From: Haplodiscus bocki
Taxonomy: Eukaryota
Direction of reading: 5' to 3'
Assembly: GCA_965655095.1 (NCBI GenBank)
Contig: OZ296649.1
Coordinates: forward strand, 148,738,001-148,802,000
Length of the DNA: 64,000 nucleotides
Shown: in pieces, positions 15,001 to 28,990 of the stretch
Layout: the number at the start of each line of letters is the position of its first letter
How positions within the stretch are numbered: the first letter of the stretch is position 1
The notes under the pieces: model-generated
Seen by the model: the letters and a program-made list of their open reading frames with translations, nothing else
What the model was told of the DNA's origin: nothing
The model's database searches: none
Translations under genes and position numbers: made by a program

Positions 15001-18000
15001 TCTGAGAACTGTAGTTTTTTTGGGTGTCTCGGAAATTACGGACTAATGATTTTTTTTACTTTGTCACCTAGTTCCTGAATATAATTCGTTTTGGAAGAAG
15101 CGAAACAAGAAAATTCGGGTCAGTCAGATAGACCGATTTAATTGCATTGACGAAGTTTTTCTGTCGGCTGTTTTGTGAACAGTTCTTGAAAAACCGGCTT
15201 CCTAAGTCTTCCGGTAGTCCTTTGTAAAAAACAATGAGGAAAACTCTTTGTTTGAAACCGCATCCAAAACGTTACAAGATACTATTCCCCTTCGTCTCAG
15301 TCGCTGAGATAGTTTTTAGTTGGGTTTTTACACGAAATTGTCTTGTAAGTTGAGCTGTTTTTGTCATCTTGAACACGTTGTTTGTCTTGTTATGAATCAA
15401 TTGTTTTCCCATGAAGGGCTACAATATACCTATTTTTGCAATTTTTCCGTAGAGAGACCCCGTCCTATTATATACCAATTTCCTTTTGCTGTACGTAATC
15501 TTCTACCTAACTTCTGCGAGTTTTGAGAAAGAGCTACTTTCATACATTTTGGTTGAAAATGTCATGTTAGGATTTGTTCATTTCCCCGCTTAGTGCACAA
15601 TTCAGCCTCAATCTTGCATAAATTACACGAAACTATAATTTTCAATCAATTTCTAAATTTCAATTGCCTTTCGACAGTTTTTGATCTGTTTTTCTGCAAA
15701 GAATTTTGAAACTCATGCTTTTTCGGTTGTTATGAAGATTGCTACGAGTTTTTAGTCTTTTACTTTCGCACTTTTTTCCTCAAGATGTTTCAGTCTGCAA
15801 AAAACACATTGAAAAAACCCAAATCAGTTAGTTTAAAAACTTATGTGGCGGTGATGAAGTTTTTCGATAATCGGTGTCGTAGACTGATCTCAGCAAACGG
15901 GCCTGTTTTGAGTTTCTCAATCCTTTTTAGACCTTTGTGCATACGGCAAAATTAAGGAAAACACATTGTTTGCAATCAATTCTGATGGTTACGAAATATT
16001 GACCTTGTTTATATTTTTCAGAAAAATGTTTTTCGGGCTTTCCTAAGAAAGCGCCTTAAAAATGGAAGAGCTACGGCCAACTTTCACATGATGTTTGCCA
16101 TTTTGCGAGACAATTGTTACCTCATTCAGGGCTCCAAAAGGCCTCAATCTTGCAATTTTTGCACCAGGCGAACAAAGAGAACGTTTTGTTTTACCTCAGA
16201 TTTTTCGGTTTCGGTTCGACATTTTTTTATTGTCTTTTCATCAAAGAGCTTTCAGAGAGAGCTAAATTCTGTTACATTGACGTTTTTTGTTTTTCATACA
16301 GTTGTCCAATACCCTTTGCAGAGGGTCAAATAGCCACAATTTTTCGGAGGTTTTACGATAAGTCTCACACTATAATCTAGTTGAAGTCCGACATTTTCCA
16401 ATGTTTCAGTGCAAAAGAATCTGAGAACTGTTGCTTTTTTGGGTATTCCGGAAACTACTGCCTAAAGAACTTTTTTTTACTTTGTCACTTAGTTCCCGAA
16501 TCTACATCGTTTTCGAGGAAGGCAAACAGGAAAAGTCGAGTCAGTCAGATAAACCGATTTAATTGCATTGACGAAGTTTTTCTGTCGGCTGTTTTGTGAA
16601 CACATCTTGAAAAACCGGCTTCTTAAATCTTTCGGTAGTCCTTTGTAAAAAAAAACGAGGAAGACTCTTTGTTTGAAACCGCATCCAAAACGTTACAAGA
16701 TACTATTCCCCTTCGTCTCAGTCGCTGAGAGAGTTTTTAGTTGGGTTTTTACACGAAATTTTCTTGTAAGTTGAGCTGTTTTTGTCATCTTGGACACGTT
16801 GTTTGTCTTGTTATGAATCAATTGTTTCCCCATGAAGGGCTACAATAAACCTACTTTTGCAAAACTTCCGTAAAAAGACCCCGTCCTATTACATACCAGT
16901 TTCTTTTGCTGTACGTAATCTTCTACCTAACTTCTGCGAGTTTTGAGAAAGAGCTACTTTCATACATTTTGGCAGAAATTGTCATGTTAGGATTTGTTCA
17001 TTTCCCCGCTTAGTGGGCAATTCAGCCTCAATCTTGTACAATTTACACGGAACGTTTCTTTTCAATCACAAGCTAATTTTCGGTCGTGTTTCGACAATTT
17101 TTTGATCTGTTTTTCTGCGAAGAATCTTGAAAGTCATGTTCCTTCGTGTTTTCTGAAGATTGCTACGAATTTTTAGTCTTTTAATTTCTCACTTAGTTCC
17201 TCAAGTTATTTCAGTCTGCAAAAATCACATCAAGAAAACCCAAATCTGTCAGTTGAAAATTTTAAGTGGCGGTGATGAAGTTTTTCGATAATCGGTGTTG
17301 TAGACCAATCTCAGGAAACGGGCCTATTTTGAGTTTCTCAATCATTTTTCAAACGTCTGTTCATACGTCAAAATCAAGGAAAACACGTTGTTTGCATTGA
17401 CGTCTGATAGTTACGAAATATTGACCTTGTTAATTTTCTTGAGACAAATGTTTTTCGGGCTCTCATAAGATAATGTCTTCAAAATGGAAGAGCTACGTCC
17501 AACTTTCACATGATGTTTGCCTTTTTGGGAGACAATTGTTTCCTCATTCAGGGCTCCAAAAGGCCTCAATGTTGCAAATCTTGCGCAAGGCGAACAAAGA
17601 GAACGTTTTGTTTTACCTCAGATTTTTCGGTTTCGGTTTGACATTTTTTTATCGTCTTCTCATCAAAGAGCTTTCAGAGAGAGCTAAATTCTGTTACATT
17701 GACGTTTTTTGTTTTTTATACAGTTTTCCATTCCCCTTTGCAGAGGGTCAAATAGCCACAATTCGTTGGAGGATTTACGATAATTCTCAGAGTATATTCT
17801 AAATGAAGTCCGACATTTTCCAATGTTTCAGTGCAAAAGAATCTGAGAACTGTTGCTTTTTTGGGTATTCCGGAAACTACTGCCCAAAGAACTTTTTTAC
17901 TTTGTCACCTACTTCCTGAATATACTTCGTTTTCGAAGAAGCGAAACAGGAAAAGTCGAGTCAGTCAGATAAACCGATTTAATTGCATTGACGAAGTTTT

Positions 18001-21000
18001 TCTGTCGGCTGCTTTTGAACAGTTCTTGAAAAACCGGCTTCTTAAATCTTCAGGTAGTCCCTTGTAAAAAAAACGAGGAAAACTCTTTGTATGAAAGCGC
18101 ATCCAAAAGATTGCAGTATACTATTCCTCCTTGTCTCAGTCGCTGAGAGAGTTTTTTGTTGGGTTTTTTTACGATAAAGTCTTGTAAGTCGAGCTGTTTT
18201 TGTCAACTTGGAAACGTTGTTTGTCTTGTATTGAATCAATTATTTCTCCATGAAGGGCTACAATATACCTATTTTTGCAATTTTTCCGTAGAAAGACCCC
18301 GTTCTATTACATACCAATTTCCTTTTGCTGTACGTAATCTTCTACGTAACTTCTGCGAGTTTTGAGAAAGAGCAACTTTCATACATTTTGGCAGAAATTG
18401 TCATGTTAGGATTTGTTCATTTTTCCGCTTAGTGGGCAATTCAGCCTCAATCTTGTACAATTTACACGGAACGATTCTTTTCAATCACAAGCTAATTTTC
18501 AGTCGTGTTTCGACAATTTTTGATCTGTTTTTCTGCGAAGAATCTTGAAAGTCATGTTCTTTTTGGTTTTCTGAAGATTGCTAACAGTTTTTAGTCTTTT
18601 ACTTTCTCACTTACTTCCTCAAGTTAATTCGGTCTGCAAAAACCACATCAAGACAACCCAAATCTGTTAGTTGAAAAACTTATGTGGCGGTGATGAAGTT
18701 TTTCGATAATCGGTGTCGTACACCGATCTCAGCAAACGGGCCTATTTTGAGTTTCTCAATCCTTTTTAGACCTTTGTGCATACGGCAAAATTAAGGAAAA
18801 CACATTGTTTGCAATCAATTCTGATGGTTACGAAATATTGACCTTGTTTATATTTTTCAGAAAAATGTTTTTCGGGCTTTCCTAAGAAAGCGCCTTAAAA
18901 ATGGAAGAGCTACGGCCAACTTTCACATGATGTTTGCCATTTTGTGAGACAATTGTTACCTCATTCAGGGCTCCAAAAGGCCTCAATCTTGCAAATCTTG
19001 CACCAGGCGAACAAAGAGAACGTTTTGTTTTACCTCAGATTTTTCGGTTTCGTTTCGACATTTTTTTATTGTCTTTTCATCAAAGGGCTTTCAGAGAGAG
19101 CTAAATTCTGTTACATTGACGTTTTTTGTTTTTCATACAGTTGTCCAATACCCTTTGCAGAGGGTCAAATAGCCACAATTTTCCGGAGGTTTTACGATAA
19201 GTCTCACACTATAATCTAGTTGAAGGCCGACATTTTCCAATGTTTCAGTGCAAAAGAATCTGAGAACTGTTGCTTTTTTGGGTATTCCGGAAACTACTGC
19301 CTAAAGAACTTTTTTTACTTTGTCACTTAGTTCCCGAATCTACATCGTTTTCGAGGAAGGCAAACAGGAAAAGTCGAGTCAGTCAGATAAACCAATTTAA
19401 TTGCATTGACGAAGTTTTTCTGTCGGCTGTTTTGTGAACACATCTTGAAAAACCGGCTACCTAAATCCTCCGGTAGTCCTTTGTAAAAAAACGATGAAAA
19501 CTCTTTGTTTGAAACCGCATCCAAAACGTTACAAGATACTATTCCTCTTTGTCACAGTCGCTGAGAGATTTCTTCGATTGCTTTTTACAAGAAAGTGTTT
19601 TGTAAGTTGAGCTGCTTTTGTCACCTTGGACACGTTGTTTGTCTTGTTATGAATCAATTGTTTCCCCATGAAGGACTACAAATTACCTATTTTTGCGAAA
19701 CTTCCGTAAAAACCATTTCCTATTATATACCAATTTTCTTTTGCTGTCCATAATCTTCTACCGTACTTCTGCGAGTTTTGAGAAAGAGCGACTTTCAATC
19801 ATTTTGCCAGAAATTGTCATCTTAGGACTCGTTCAATTCCCCACTTGGTGCACCACTCAGCCTCAATCTTGCACAAGTTACACGAAACGATAACTTTTAA
19901 TCAAATTCTAAATTTCAGTTGCGTTCCGACAGTCTTTGATCTGTTTTTCTGCGAAGAATCTTTAAAGTCATGCTCTTTTGGGTGTTCTGAAGGTTGCTAC
20001 GAGTTTTTAGTCTTCTTTTCTCACTTAGTTGCTCAAGTTATTTCAGTCTGCAAAAATCACATCAAGAAAACCCAAATCTGTTACTTGAAAAACTTCAGTT
20101 GCGGTGATGAATTTTTTCGATAATCGGTGTTGTAGGCCGATTTCGGAAAACGGGCCTGTTTTGAGTTTCTGAATCAATTATCAGACCTTTCTGCATACGG
20201 CAAAATTGAGGAAAACTGGTTGTTTGCGAAGACGTCTATTAGTTACGAAATATTGACCCTGTATAATTTTTTGAGAAAATGTTTTTCGGGCTTTCATAGG
20301 AAAACTCTTTGAAACGGAATTGCTGCATTCAATTTGGATTCAATGATTGCTATTTTGTGAGGCAGTTGTTTCCTCTTGTAGGGCTTCAAAAGGCCCCTAT
20401 CTTGCACCAGCCTAAAGAGGGGACCGTTTGACTTTACCCACAATTTTTTGGTTGTGGTTGGACATTCTTTTCAACGTGTTTTCATCAAAGAGGTTTCAGA
20501 GACCGCTAATTTCTGTTGCATTGACGTTGGTTGTGTTTTTTAAAGTTATCCATTCGCCTATGCAGCGCAACAAATAGCCATTATTATTAGCAAGATTTAA
20601 GATAAGACTCGAAGACTAAAGTTCAGTTGAAGTCCGACAATTTTCCATGTTTCGCTGCTACAGAATCCTGGAAGTTTAGCTTTTTTGGGCACTCCGTAAA
20701 TTGCTTTGAATTTTGAGTCTTCTACTTTGTCACAAAGTTCCTTATTTTACTGAGTTCTCAAAAAACCAAAATAAAGAACTCAAGTCAGTCAGATAAACCG
20801 ATTTGGTTACATTGACGAAAGTTTTCTGTCGGTCGTTTTGTGAACACATTTTGAAAAACCGGCTTTTTGAAACTTCCGGTAGTCCTTTGTAAAAAAAACG
20901 AGGAAAACTCTTTGTATGAAAGCGCATCCAAAAGATTGCAGTATACTATTCCTCCTTGTCTCAGTCGCTGAGAGATTTCTTCGATTGCTTTTTACAAGAA

Positions 21001-24000
21001 AGTGTTTTGTAAGTTGAGCTGCTTTTGTCACCTTGGACACGTTGTTTGTCTTGTTATGAATCAATTGTTTCCCCATGAAGGACTACAAATTACCTATTTT
21101 TGCGAAACTTCCGTAAAAACCATTTCCTATTATATACCAATTTTCTTTTGCTGTCCATAATCTTCTACCGTACTTCTGCGAGTTTTGAGAAAGAGCGACT
21201 TTCAATCATTTTGCCAGAAATTGTCATCTTAGGACTCGTTCAATTCCCCACTTGGTGCACCACTCAGCCTCAATCTTGCACAAGTTACACGAAACGATAA
21301 CTTTTAATCAAATTCTAAATTTCAGTTGCGTTCCGACAGTCTTTGATCTGTTTTTCTGCGAAGAATCTTTAAAGTCATGCTCTTTTGGGTGTTCTGAAGG
21401 TTGCTACGAGTTTTTAGTCTTCTTTTCTCACTTAGTTGCTCAAGTTATTTCAGTCTGCAAAAATCACATCAAGAAAACCCAAATCTGTTACTTGAAAAAC
21501 TTCAGTTGCGGTGATGAATTTTTTCGATAATCGGTGTTGTAGGCCGATTTCGGAAAACGGGCCTGTTTTGAGTTTCTGAATCAATTATCAGACCTTTCTG
21601 CATACGGCAAAATTGAGGAAAACAGGTTGTTTGCGAAGATGTCTAATAGTTACGAAATATTGACCCTGTATATTTTTTTGAGAAAATGTTTTTCGGGCTT
21701 ACATAGGAAAACTCTTTGAAACGGAATTGCTGCATTCAATTTGGATTCAATGATTGCTATTTTGTGAGGCAGTTGTTTCCTCTTGTAGGGCTTCAAAAGG
21801 CCCCTATCTTGCACCAGCCTAAAGAGGGGACCGTTTGACTTTACCCACAATTTTTTGGTTGTGGTTGGACATTCTTTTCAACGTGTTTTCATCAAAGAGG
21901 TTTCAGAGACCGCTAATTTCTGTTGCATTGACGTTGGTTGTGTTTTTTAAAGTTATCCATTCGCCTATGCAGCGCAACAAATAGCCATTATTATTAGCAA
22001 GATTTAAGATAAGACTCGAAGACTAAATTTCAGTTGAAGTCCGACAATTTTCCATGTTTCGCTGCTACAGAATCCTGGAAGTTTAGCTTTTTTGGGCACT
22101 CCGTAAATTGCTTTGAATTTTGAGTCTTCTACTTTGTCACAAAGTTCCTTATTTTACTGAGTTCTCAAAAAACCAAAATAAAGAACTCAAGTCAGTCAGA
22201 TAAACCGATTTGGTTACATTGACGAAAGTTTTCTGTCGGTCGTTTTGTGAACACATTTTGAAAAACCGGCTTTTTGAAACTTCCGGTAGTCCTTTGTAAA
22301 AAAAACGAGGAAAACTTTTTGAAAGAAAGCGCATCCAAAAGGTTGCAGTATACCATTCCTCTTTGTCTCATTCGCTGAGAGATTTTTTTTGTTGGGTTTT
22401 TATACGATAAAGTCTTGTAAGTCGAGCTGTTTTTGTCAACTTGGAAAGGTTGTTTGTCTTGTTGTGAAACAATTGTTTCCCCATGAAGGGCTACGATCTA
22501 ACTACTTCAACAAACCTCAAAGAAAATAACCCGTCCTTTTACTTACCAGTTTTCGTTTGCACTACGTCATTTTCTACCGTATCTTTGCGAGTTTTGAGAA
22601 AGAGCTTATATCAATTGCTTTATCACAAATTATCATCTTAGGATTCCTTCATTTCCCCGTTTAGTGTATCATTCAGCCTCAATCTTGTACAAATTACACG
22701 AAAAGATAATTTTCAATCAAATTCTAAAATTCAGTTGCGTTTCGACAATTTTTGATCTGTTTTTCTGCAAAGATTTTCGAAACTGATGCTTTTTTGGGTG
22801 TTCCAAAGATTGCTTCGACTTGAAAGTCTTTTACTTTCTCAGTTAGTTTGGTAAATTTTAGTCAAATGGTTAATTTTCAGTTGCGTTTCGGCAGTTTTTG
22901 ATCTGTTCTTCTGCAAAGAATCTTGAAACTCATGCTTTTTCGGGTGTTCTGAAGATTGCTACGAGTTTTTAGTCTTTTACTTTCGCACTTTTTTCCTCAA
23001 GATGTTTCAGTCTGCAAAAAACACATTGAGAAAACCCAAATCAGTTAGTTGAAAAACTTATGTGGCTGTGATGAAGTTTTTCGATAATCGGTGTGTAGAC
23101 CAATCTCAGCAAGCGGGCCTATTTTCAGTTTCTCAATCCTTTTTAGACCTTTGTGCATACGGCAAAAATAAGGAAAACACGTTGTTTGCAATGACTCTGA
23201 TAGTTACGAAATATTCACCTTGTTTTTCTATTTGGAGAAAAATGTTTTTCGGACTTTCATAAGGAAACGTCTTCAAAATGGAAGAGCTACGGTCAAGTTT
23301 CAGATGATGTTTTGTGAGACAATTGTTTCCTCCTTCAGGGCTCAAATATCAAGTCAGTCAGGTAAACCGATTCAATTGCATTGACGAAGTTTTTCTGTCG
23401 GCTGTTTTGTGATCAGATCTTCAAAAATCGGCTTCCTAAATCTTCCGGTAGTCCTTTGTAAATTAAGCGAGGAAAGCTCTTTATTTGAAACCGCATCCAA
23501 AACGTTACAAGATACTAGTCCCCTTGGTTTCAGTCGCTGAGAGAGTTTTTTCGTTGGGTTTTTATACGATAATGTCTCTAAGTCGAGCTATTTTTGTCAA
23601 CTTGGACAAGTTGTTTGTCTTGTTATGAATCAGCTGTTTCCCCATGACTGGCTCCAAACTACCTACTTCGGCAAAGTTGAAGAAAAATATCCCGTCCTAT
23701 TGCTTACCAGTTTTTCTTTGCGGTACGTAATTTTCTACCGTATCTTTGCGAATTTTTGAGAAAGACCAATTTCCTTTGTTTTGACCCAAACTGTCATTTT
23801 AGGATTCGTTCATTTCACCGTTTACCGGATGATTCAGCCTCAATCTCGTACAGTTTACACGAAACGGTTTTTTTGAATCACATGCTAATTTTCAGTTGCG
23901 TTCCGACAATTTTTGATCTGCTTTTCTGCAAAGAATCTTAAAAGTCATGCTCTTTTAAGTGTTCTGAAGATTCTTACGAATTTTTAGTCTTTTTTTCTCA

Positions 24001-27000
24001 CTTAGTTCCTCAAGTTATTTCAGTCTGCAAAAATCACATCAAGAAAACCCAAATCTGTTAGTTGAAAGACTTAATTGGCGGTGATGAATTTTTTCGATAA
24101 TCGGTGTTGTAGACCGATCTCAGCAAACGGGCCTGTTTCGAGTTTCTCAATCTTTTTTAGACCTTCGTGCATACGACAAACTTGAGAAAAACACGTTGTT
24201 TGCAATGAGGTCTGATAGTTACGAAGAATTGACCTCGTAAATTTTTTTGAGAAAAAAGTTTTTCGGGCTTTCATAGGAAAGCATCTTTAAAATGGAAGTG
24301 CTACATTCAACTTGGATTCGATGGTTGCCATTTTGCGAGGCAGTTGTTTCTTCATTTAGAGCTTCAAAAGGCCTTACCTTGCACCAGCCGAACGAAGGGA
24401 CCGTTTGAGTTTTCCCACGAGTTTTTGGTTGGGGTTCGACATTCTTTTAAACGTGTTTTCATCAAAGAGGTTTCAGAGACAGCTAATTTCTGTTGCATTG
24501 ACGTTGGTTGTGTTTTTTAAAGTTATCCGTTCGCCTATGCAGCGCACCAAATCACCAAATAGCCGTTCTTATTAGCAGGATTTAGGATAAGACTCGAAGA
24601 CTAAAGTTCAATTGAAGTCCGACAATTTTCCATGTTTCACTGCTATGGAATCCTGGAAGTTTAGCTTTTTTGGGCATTCCGTAGATTGCAATAAAAATTG
24701 AGTTTTTTGCTTGGTCACATAGTTCCTGAAATTATTGAGTTTTCGAAAAACCAAAATAAGAAAACTCAAGTCAGTCAGATAAACCGAATTGATTACATTG
24801 ACGGAAACTTTCTGTCGGCCGTTTCGTGAACAGTTTTAGAAAAACCGGCTTTTTTTATCTTCCGGTAATCCTTTGTAAAAAACGAGGAAAACTCTTTGTT
24901 TGAAAGCGCATCCAAAAGGTTAGAAGATACTATTCCTCTTTGTCTCAGTCGCTGAGAGTTTTTTCGTTGGGTTTTTATACGATAATGTCTCTAAGTCGAG
25001 CTATTTTTGTCAACTTGGACAAGTTGTTTGTCTTGTTATGAATCAGCTGTTTCCCCATGACTGGCTCCAAACTACCTACTTCGGCAAAGTTGAAGAAAAA
25101 TATCCCGTCCTATTGCTTACCAGTTTTTCTTTGCGGTACGTAATTTTCTACCGTATCTTTGCGAATTTTTGAGAAAGACCAATTTCCTTTGTTTTGACCC
25201 AAACTGTCATTTTAGGATTCGTTCATTTCACCGTTTACCGGATGATTCAGCCTCAATCTCGTACAGTTTACACGAAACGGTTTTTTTGAATCACATGCTA
25301 ATTTTCAGTTGCGTTCCGACAATTTTTGATCTGCTTTTCTGCAAAGAATCTTAAAAGTCATGCTCTTTTAAGTGTTCTGAAGATTCTTACGAATTTTTAG
25401 TCTTTTTTTCTCACTTAGTTCCTCAAGTTATTTCAGTCTGCAAAAATCACATCAAGAAAACCCAAATCTGTTAGTTGAAAGACTTAAGTGGCGGTGATGA
25501 ATTTTTTCGATAATCGGTGTTGTAGACCGATCTCAGCAAACGGGCCTGTTTCGAGTTTCTCAATCTTTTTTAGACCTTCGTGCATACGACAAACTTGAGA
25601 AAAACACGTTGTTTGCAATGAGGTCTGATAGTTACGAAGAATTGACCTCGTAAATTTTTTTGAGAAAAAAGTTTTTCGGGATTTCATAGGAAAGCATCTT
25701 TAAAATGGAAGTGCTACATTCAACTTGGATTCGATGGTTGCCATTTTGCGAGGCAGTTGTTTCTTCATTTAGAGCTTCAAAAGGCCTTACCTTGCACCAG
25801 CCGAACGAAGGGACCGTTTGAGTTTTCCCACGAGTTTTTGGTTGGGGTTCGACATTCTTTTAAACGTGTTTTCATCAAAGAGGTTTCAGAGACAGCTAAT
25901 TTCTGTTGCATTGACGTTGGTTGTGTTTTTTAAAGTTATCCGTTCGCCTATGCAGCGCACCAAATCACCAAATAGCCGTTCTTATTAGCAGGATTTAGGA
26001 TAAGACTCGAAGACTAAAGTTCAATTGAAGTCCGACAATTTTCCATGTTTCACTGCTATGGAATCCTGGAAGTTTAGCTTTTTTGGGCATTCCGTAGATT
26101 GCAATAAAAATTGAGTTTTTTGCTTGGTCACATAGTTCCTGAAATTATTGAGTTTTCGAAAAACCAAAATAAGAAAACTCAAGTCAGTCAGATAAACCGA
26201 ATTGATTACATTGACGGAAACTTTCTGTCGGCCGTTTCGTGAACAGTTTTAGAAAAACCGGCTTTTTTTATCTTCCGGTAATCCTTTGTAAAAAACGAGG
26301 AAAACTCTTTGTTTGAAAGCGCATCCAAAAGGTTAGAAGATACTATTCCTCTTTGTCTCAGTCGCTGAGAGTTTTTTCGTTGGGTTTTTATACGATAATG
26401 TCTCTAAGTCGAGCTATTTTTGTCAACTTGGACAAGTTGTTTGTCTTGTTATGAATCAGCTGTTTCCCCATGACTGGCTCCAAACTACCTACTTCGGCAA
26501 AGTTGAAGAAAAATATCCCGTCCTATTGCTTACCAGTTTTTCTTTGCGGTACGTATTTTTCTACCGTATCTTTGCGAATTTTTGAGAAAGACCAATTTCC
26601 TTTGTTTTGACCCAAACTGTCATTTTAGGATTCGTTCATTTCACCGTTTACCGGATGATTCAGCCTCAATCTCGTACAGTTTACACGAAACGGTTTTTTT
26701 GAATCACATGCTAATTTTCAGTTGCGTTCCGACAATTTTTGATCTGCTTTTCTGCAAAGAATCTTAAAAGTCATGCTCTTTTAAGTGTTCTGAAGATTCT
26801 TACGAATTTTTAGTCTTTTTTTCTCACTTAGTTCCTCAAGTTATTTCAGTCTGCAAAAATCACATCAAGAAAACCCAAATCTGTTAGTTGAAAGACTTAA
26901 GTGGCGGTGATGAATTTTTTCGATAATCGGTGTTGTAGACCGATCTCAGCAAACGGGCCTGTTTCGAGTTTCTCAATCTTTTTTAGACCTTCGTGCATAC

Positions 27001-28990
27001 GACAAACTTGAGAAAAACACGTTGTTTGCAATGAGGTCTGATAGTTACGAAGAATTGACCTCGTAAATTTTTTTGAGAAAAAAGTTTTTCGGGATTTCAT
27101 AGGAAAGCATCTTTAAAATGGAAGTGCTACATTCAACTTGGATTCGATGGTTGCCATTTTGCGAGGCAGTTGTTTCTTCATTTAGAGCTTCAAAAGGCCT
27201 TACCTTGCACCAGCCGAACGAAGGGACCGTTTGAGTTTTCCCACGAGTTTTTGGTTGGGGTTCGACATTCTTTTAAACGTGTTTTCATCAAAGAGGTTTC
27301 AGAGACAGCTAATTTCTGTTGCATTGACGTTGGTTGTGTTTTTTAAAGTTATCCGTTCGCCTATGCAGCGCACCAAATCACCAAATAGCCGTTCTTATTA
27401 GCAGGATTTAGGATAAGACTCGAAGACTAAAGTTCAATTGAAGTCCGACAATTTTCCATGTTTCACTGCTATGGAATCCTGGAAGTTTAGCTTTTTTGGG
27501 CATTCCGTAGATTGCAATAAAAATTGAGTTTTTTGCTTGGTCACATAGTTCCTGAAATTATTGAGTTTTCGAAAAACCAAAATAAGAACACTCAAGTCAG
27601 TCAGATAAACCGAATTGATTACATTGACGGAAACTTTCTGTCGGCCGTTTCGTGAACAGTTTTAGAAAAACCGGCTTTTTTTATCTTCCGGTAATCCTTT
27701 GTAAAAAACGAGGAAAACTCTTTGTTTGAAAGCGCATCCAAAAGGTTAGAAGATACTATTCCTCTTTGTCTCAGTCGCTGAGAGTTTTTTCGTTGGGTTT
27801 TTATACGATAATGTCTCTAAGTCGAGCTATTTTTGTCAACTTGGACAAGTTGTTTGTCTTGTTATGAATCAGCTGTTTCCCCATGACTGGCTCCAAACTA
27901 CCTACTTCGGCAAAGTTGAAGAAAAATATCCCGTCCTATTGCTTACCAGTTTTTCTTTGCGGTACGTATTTTTCTACCGTATCTTTGCGAATTTTTGAGA
28001 AAGACCAATTTCCTTTGTTTTGACCCAAACTGTCATTTTAGGATTCGTTCATTTCACCGTTTACCGGATGATTCAGCCTCAATCTCGTACAGTTTACACG
28101 AAACGGTTTTTTTGAATCACATGCTAATTTTCAGTTGCGTTTCGACAATTTTTGACCTGTTTTTCTGCGAAGAATCTTGAAAGTCATGCTCTTTTGGCAT
28201 TTCTGAGGATTGCTAAGAGTTTGTACTTTTACTTTCTGATTTAGTTCCTCAAGTTAATTCAGTCTGCAAAAAACACATTGAGAAAACCCAAATCAGTTAG
28301 TTTAAAAACTTATGTGGCGGTGATGAAGTTTTTCGATATTCGGTGTTGTAGACCAATCTCAAAAAACGGGCCTATTTTGACTTTCTGAATCATTTTCTAG
28401 ACCTTTGCGCATACGGCAAAATTGAGGAAAACACATTGTTTGCTATCACGCCTACTAGTTACGAAATAATGACCTTGTATATTTTTTGAAAAAATGTTTT
28501 TCGGTCTTTCATAAGAAAGCGTCTTGAAAATGGAAGAGCTACGGCCAACTTTCACATGATGTTTGCCATTTTGTGAAGCAATTGTTTCCTCGTTCAGGGC
28601 TCCAAAAGGCCCCTATTTTGCAAATCTTGCACCAGCCGAAGGAAGAGCCCATTTTGGTTTACCTATGATTTTGCGGTTTCGCTTCGACATTTTTTTATCA
28701 TCTTTTCACCAAAGAGCTTTCAGAGAGAGCTGATTTCTGTTACATTGACGTTTGTTGTCTTTTAGACAGTTGTACATTTCCCTATTCAGGGCGCCAAAAA
28801 GCCACAAGTTTTCATCAGGATTCACGATAAGCCTCTTAGACTAAACTTCAGTTGAAGTTCGACATTTTTCCTTCTGTTTGACTGCGAAAGAAACTTGAAA
28901 GTCGTGCATTTCTTTGGATTTTCCAAAAATTGCTGAGTTTTGCGTTTTTTATTTTGTCAGCTAGGCCCTGAATTTACTTCATTTTCGAAC
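1..28990. repeat. Tandem satellite array, ~1.41 kb unit, about 20.5 copies (continues past the left edge of the window)
   Basis: The marker CGGTGT(T/C)GTA recurs at about 323, 1730, 3143, 4559, 5974, 7389, 8802, 10221, 11636, 13047, 14468, 15871, 17293, 18710, 20123, 21530, 23087, 24101, 25514, 26927 and 28340. Spacing is ~1403-1422 bp except for two rearranged units. The ORF track shows the same short peptides at this period. Confidence 0.98.

Noticed and set aside
550-28180. Dozens of 60-110 aa ORFs recurring in the satellite
   Set aside because: F/L/K-rich low-complexity translations; stops and frameshifts vary between units; no domain motifs or splice pattern.
1-28990. rDNA, histone, snRNA or CRISPR-type tandem array
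   Set aside because: No recognisable rRNA, 5S, snRNA or histone sequence, and no constant-repeat/unique-spacer pattern.
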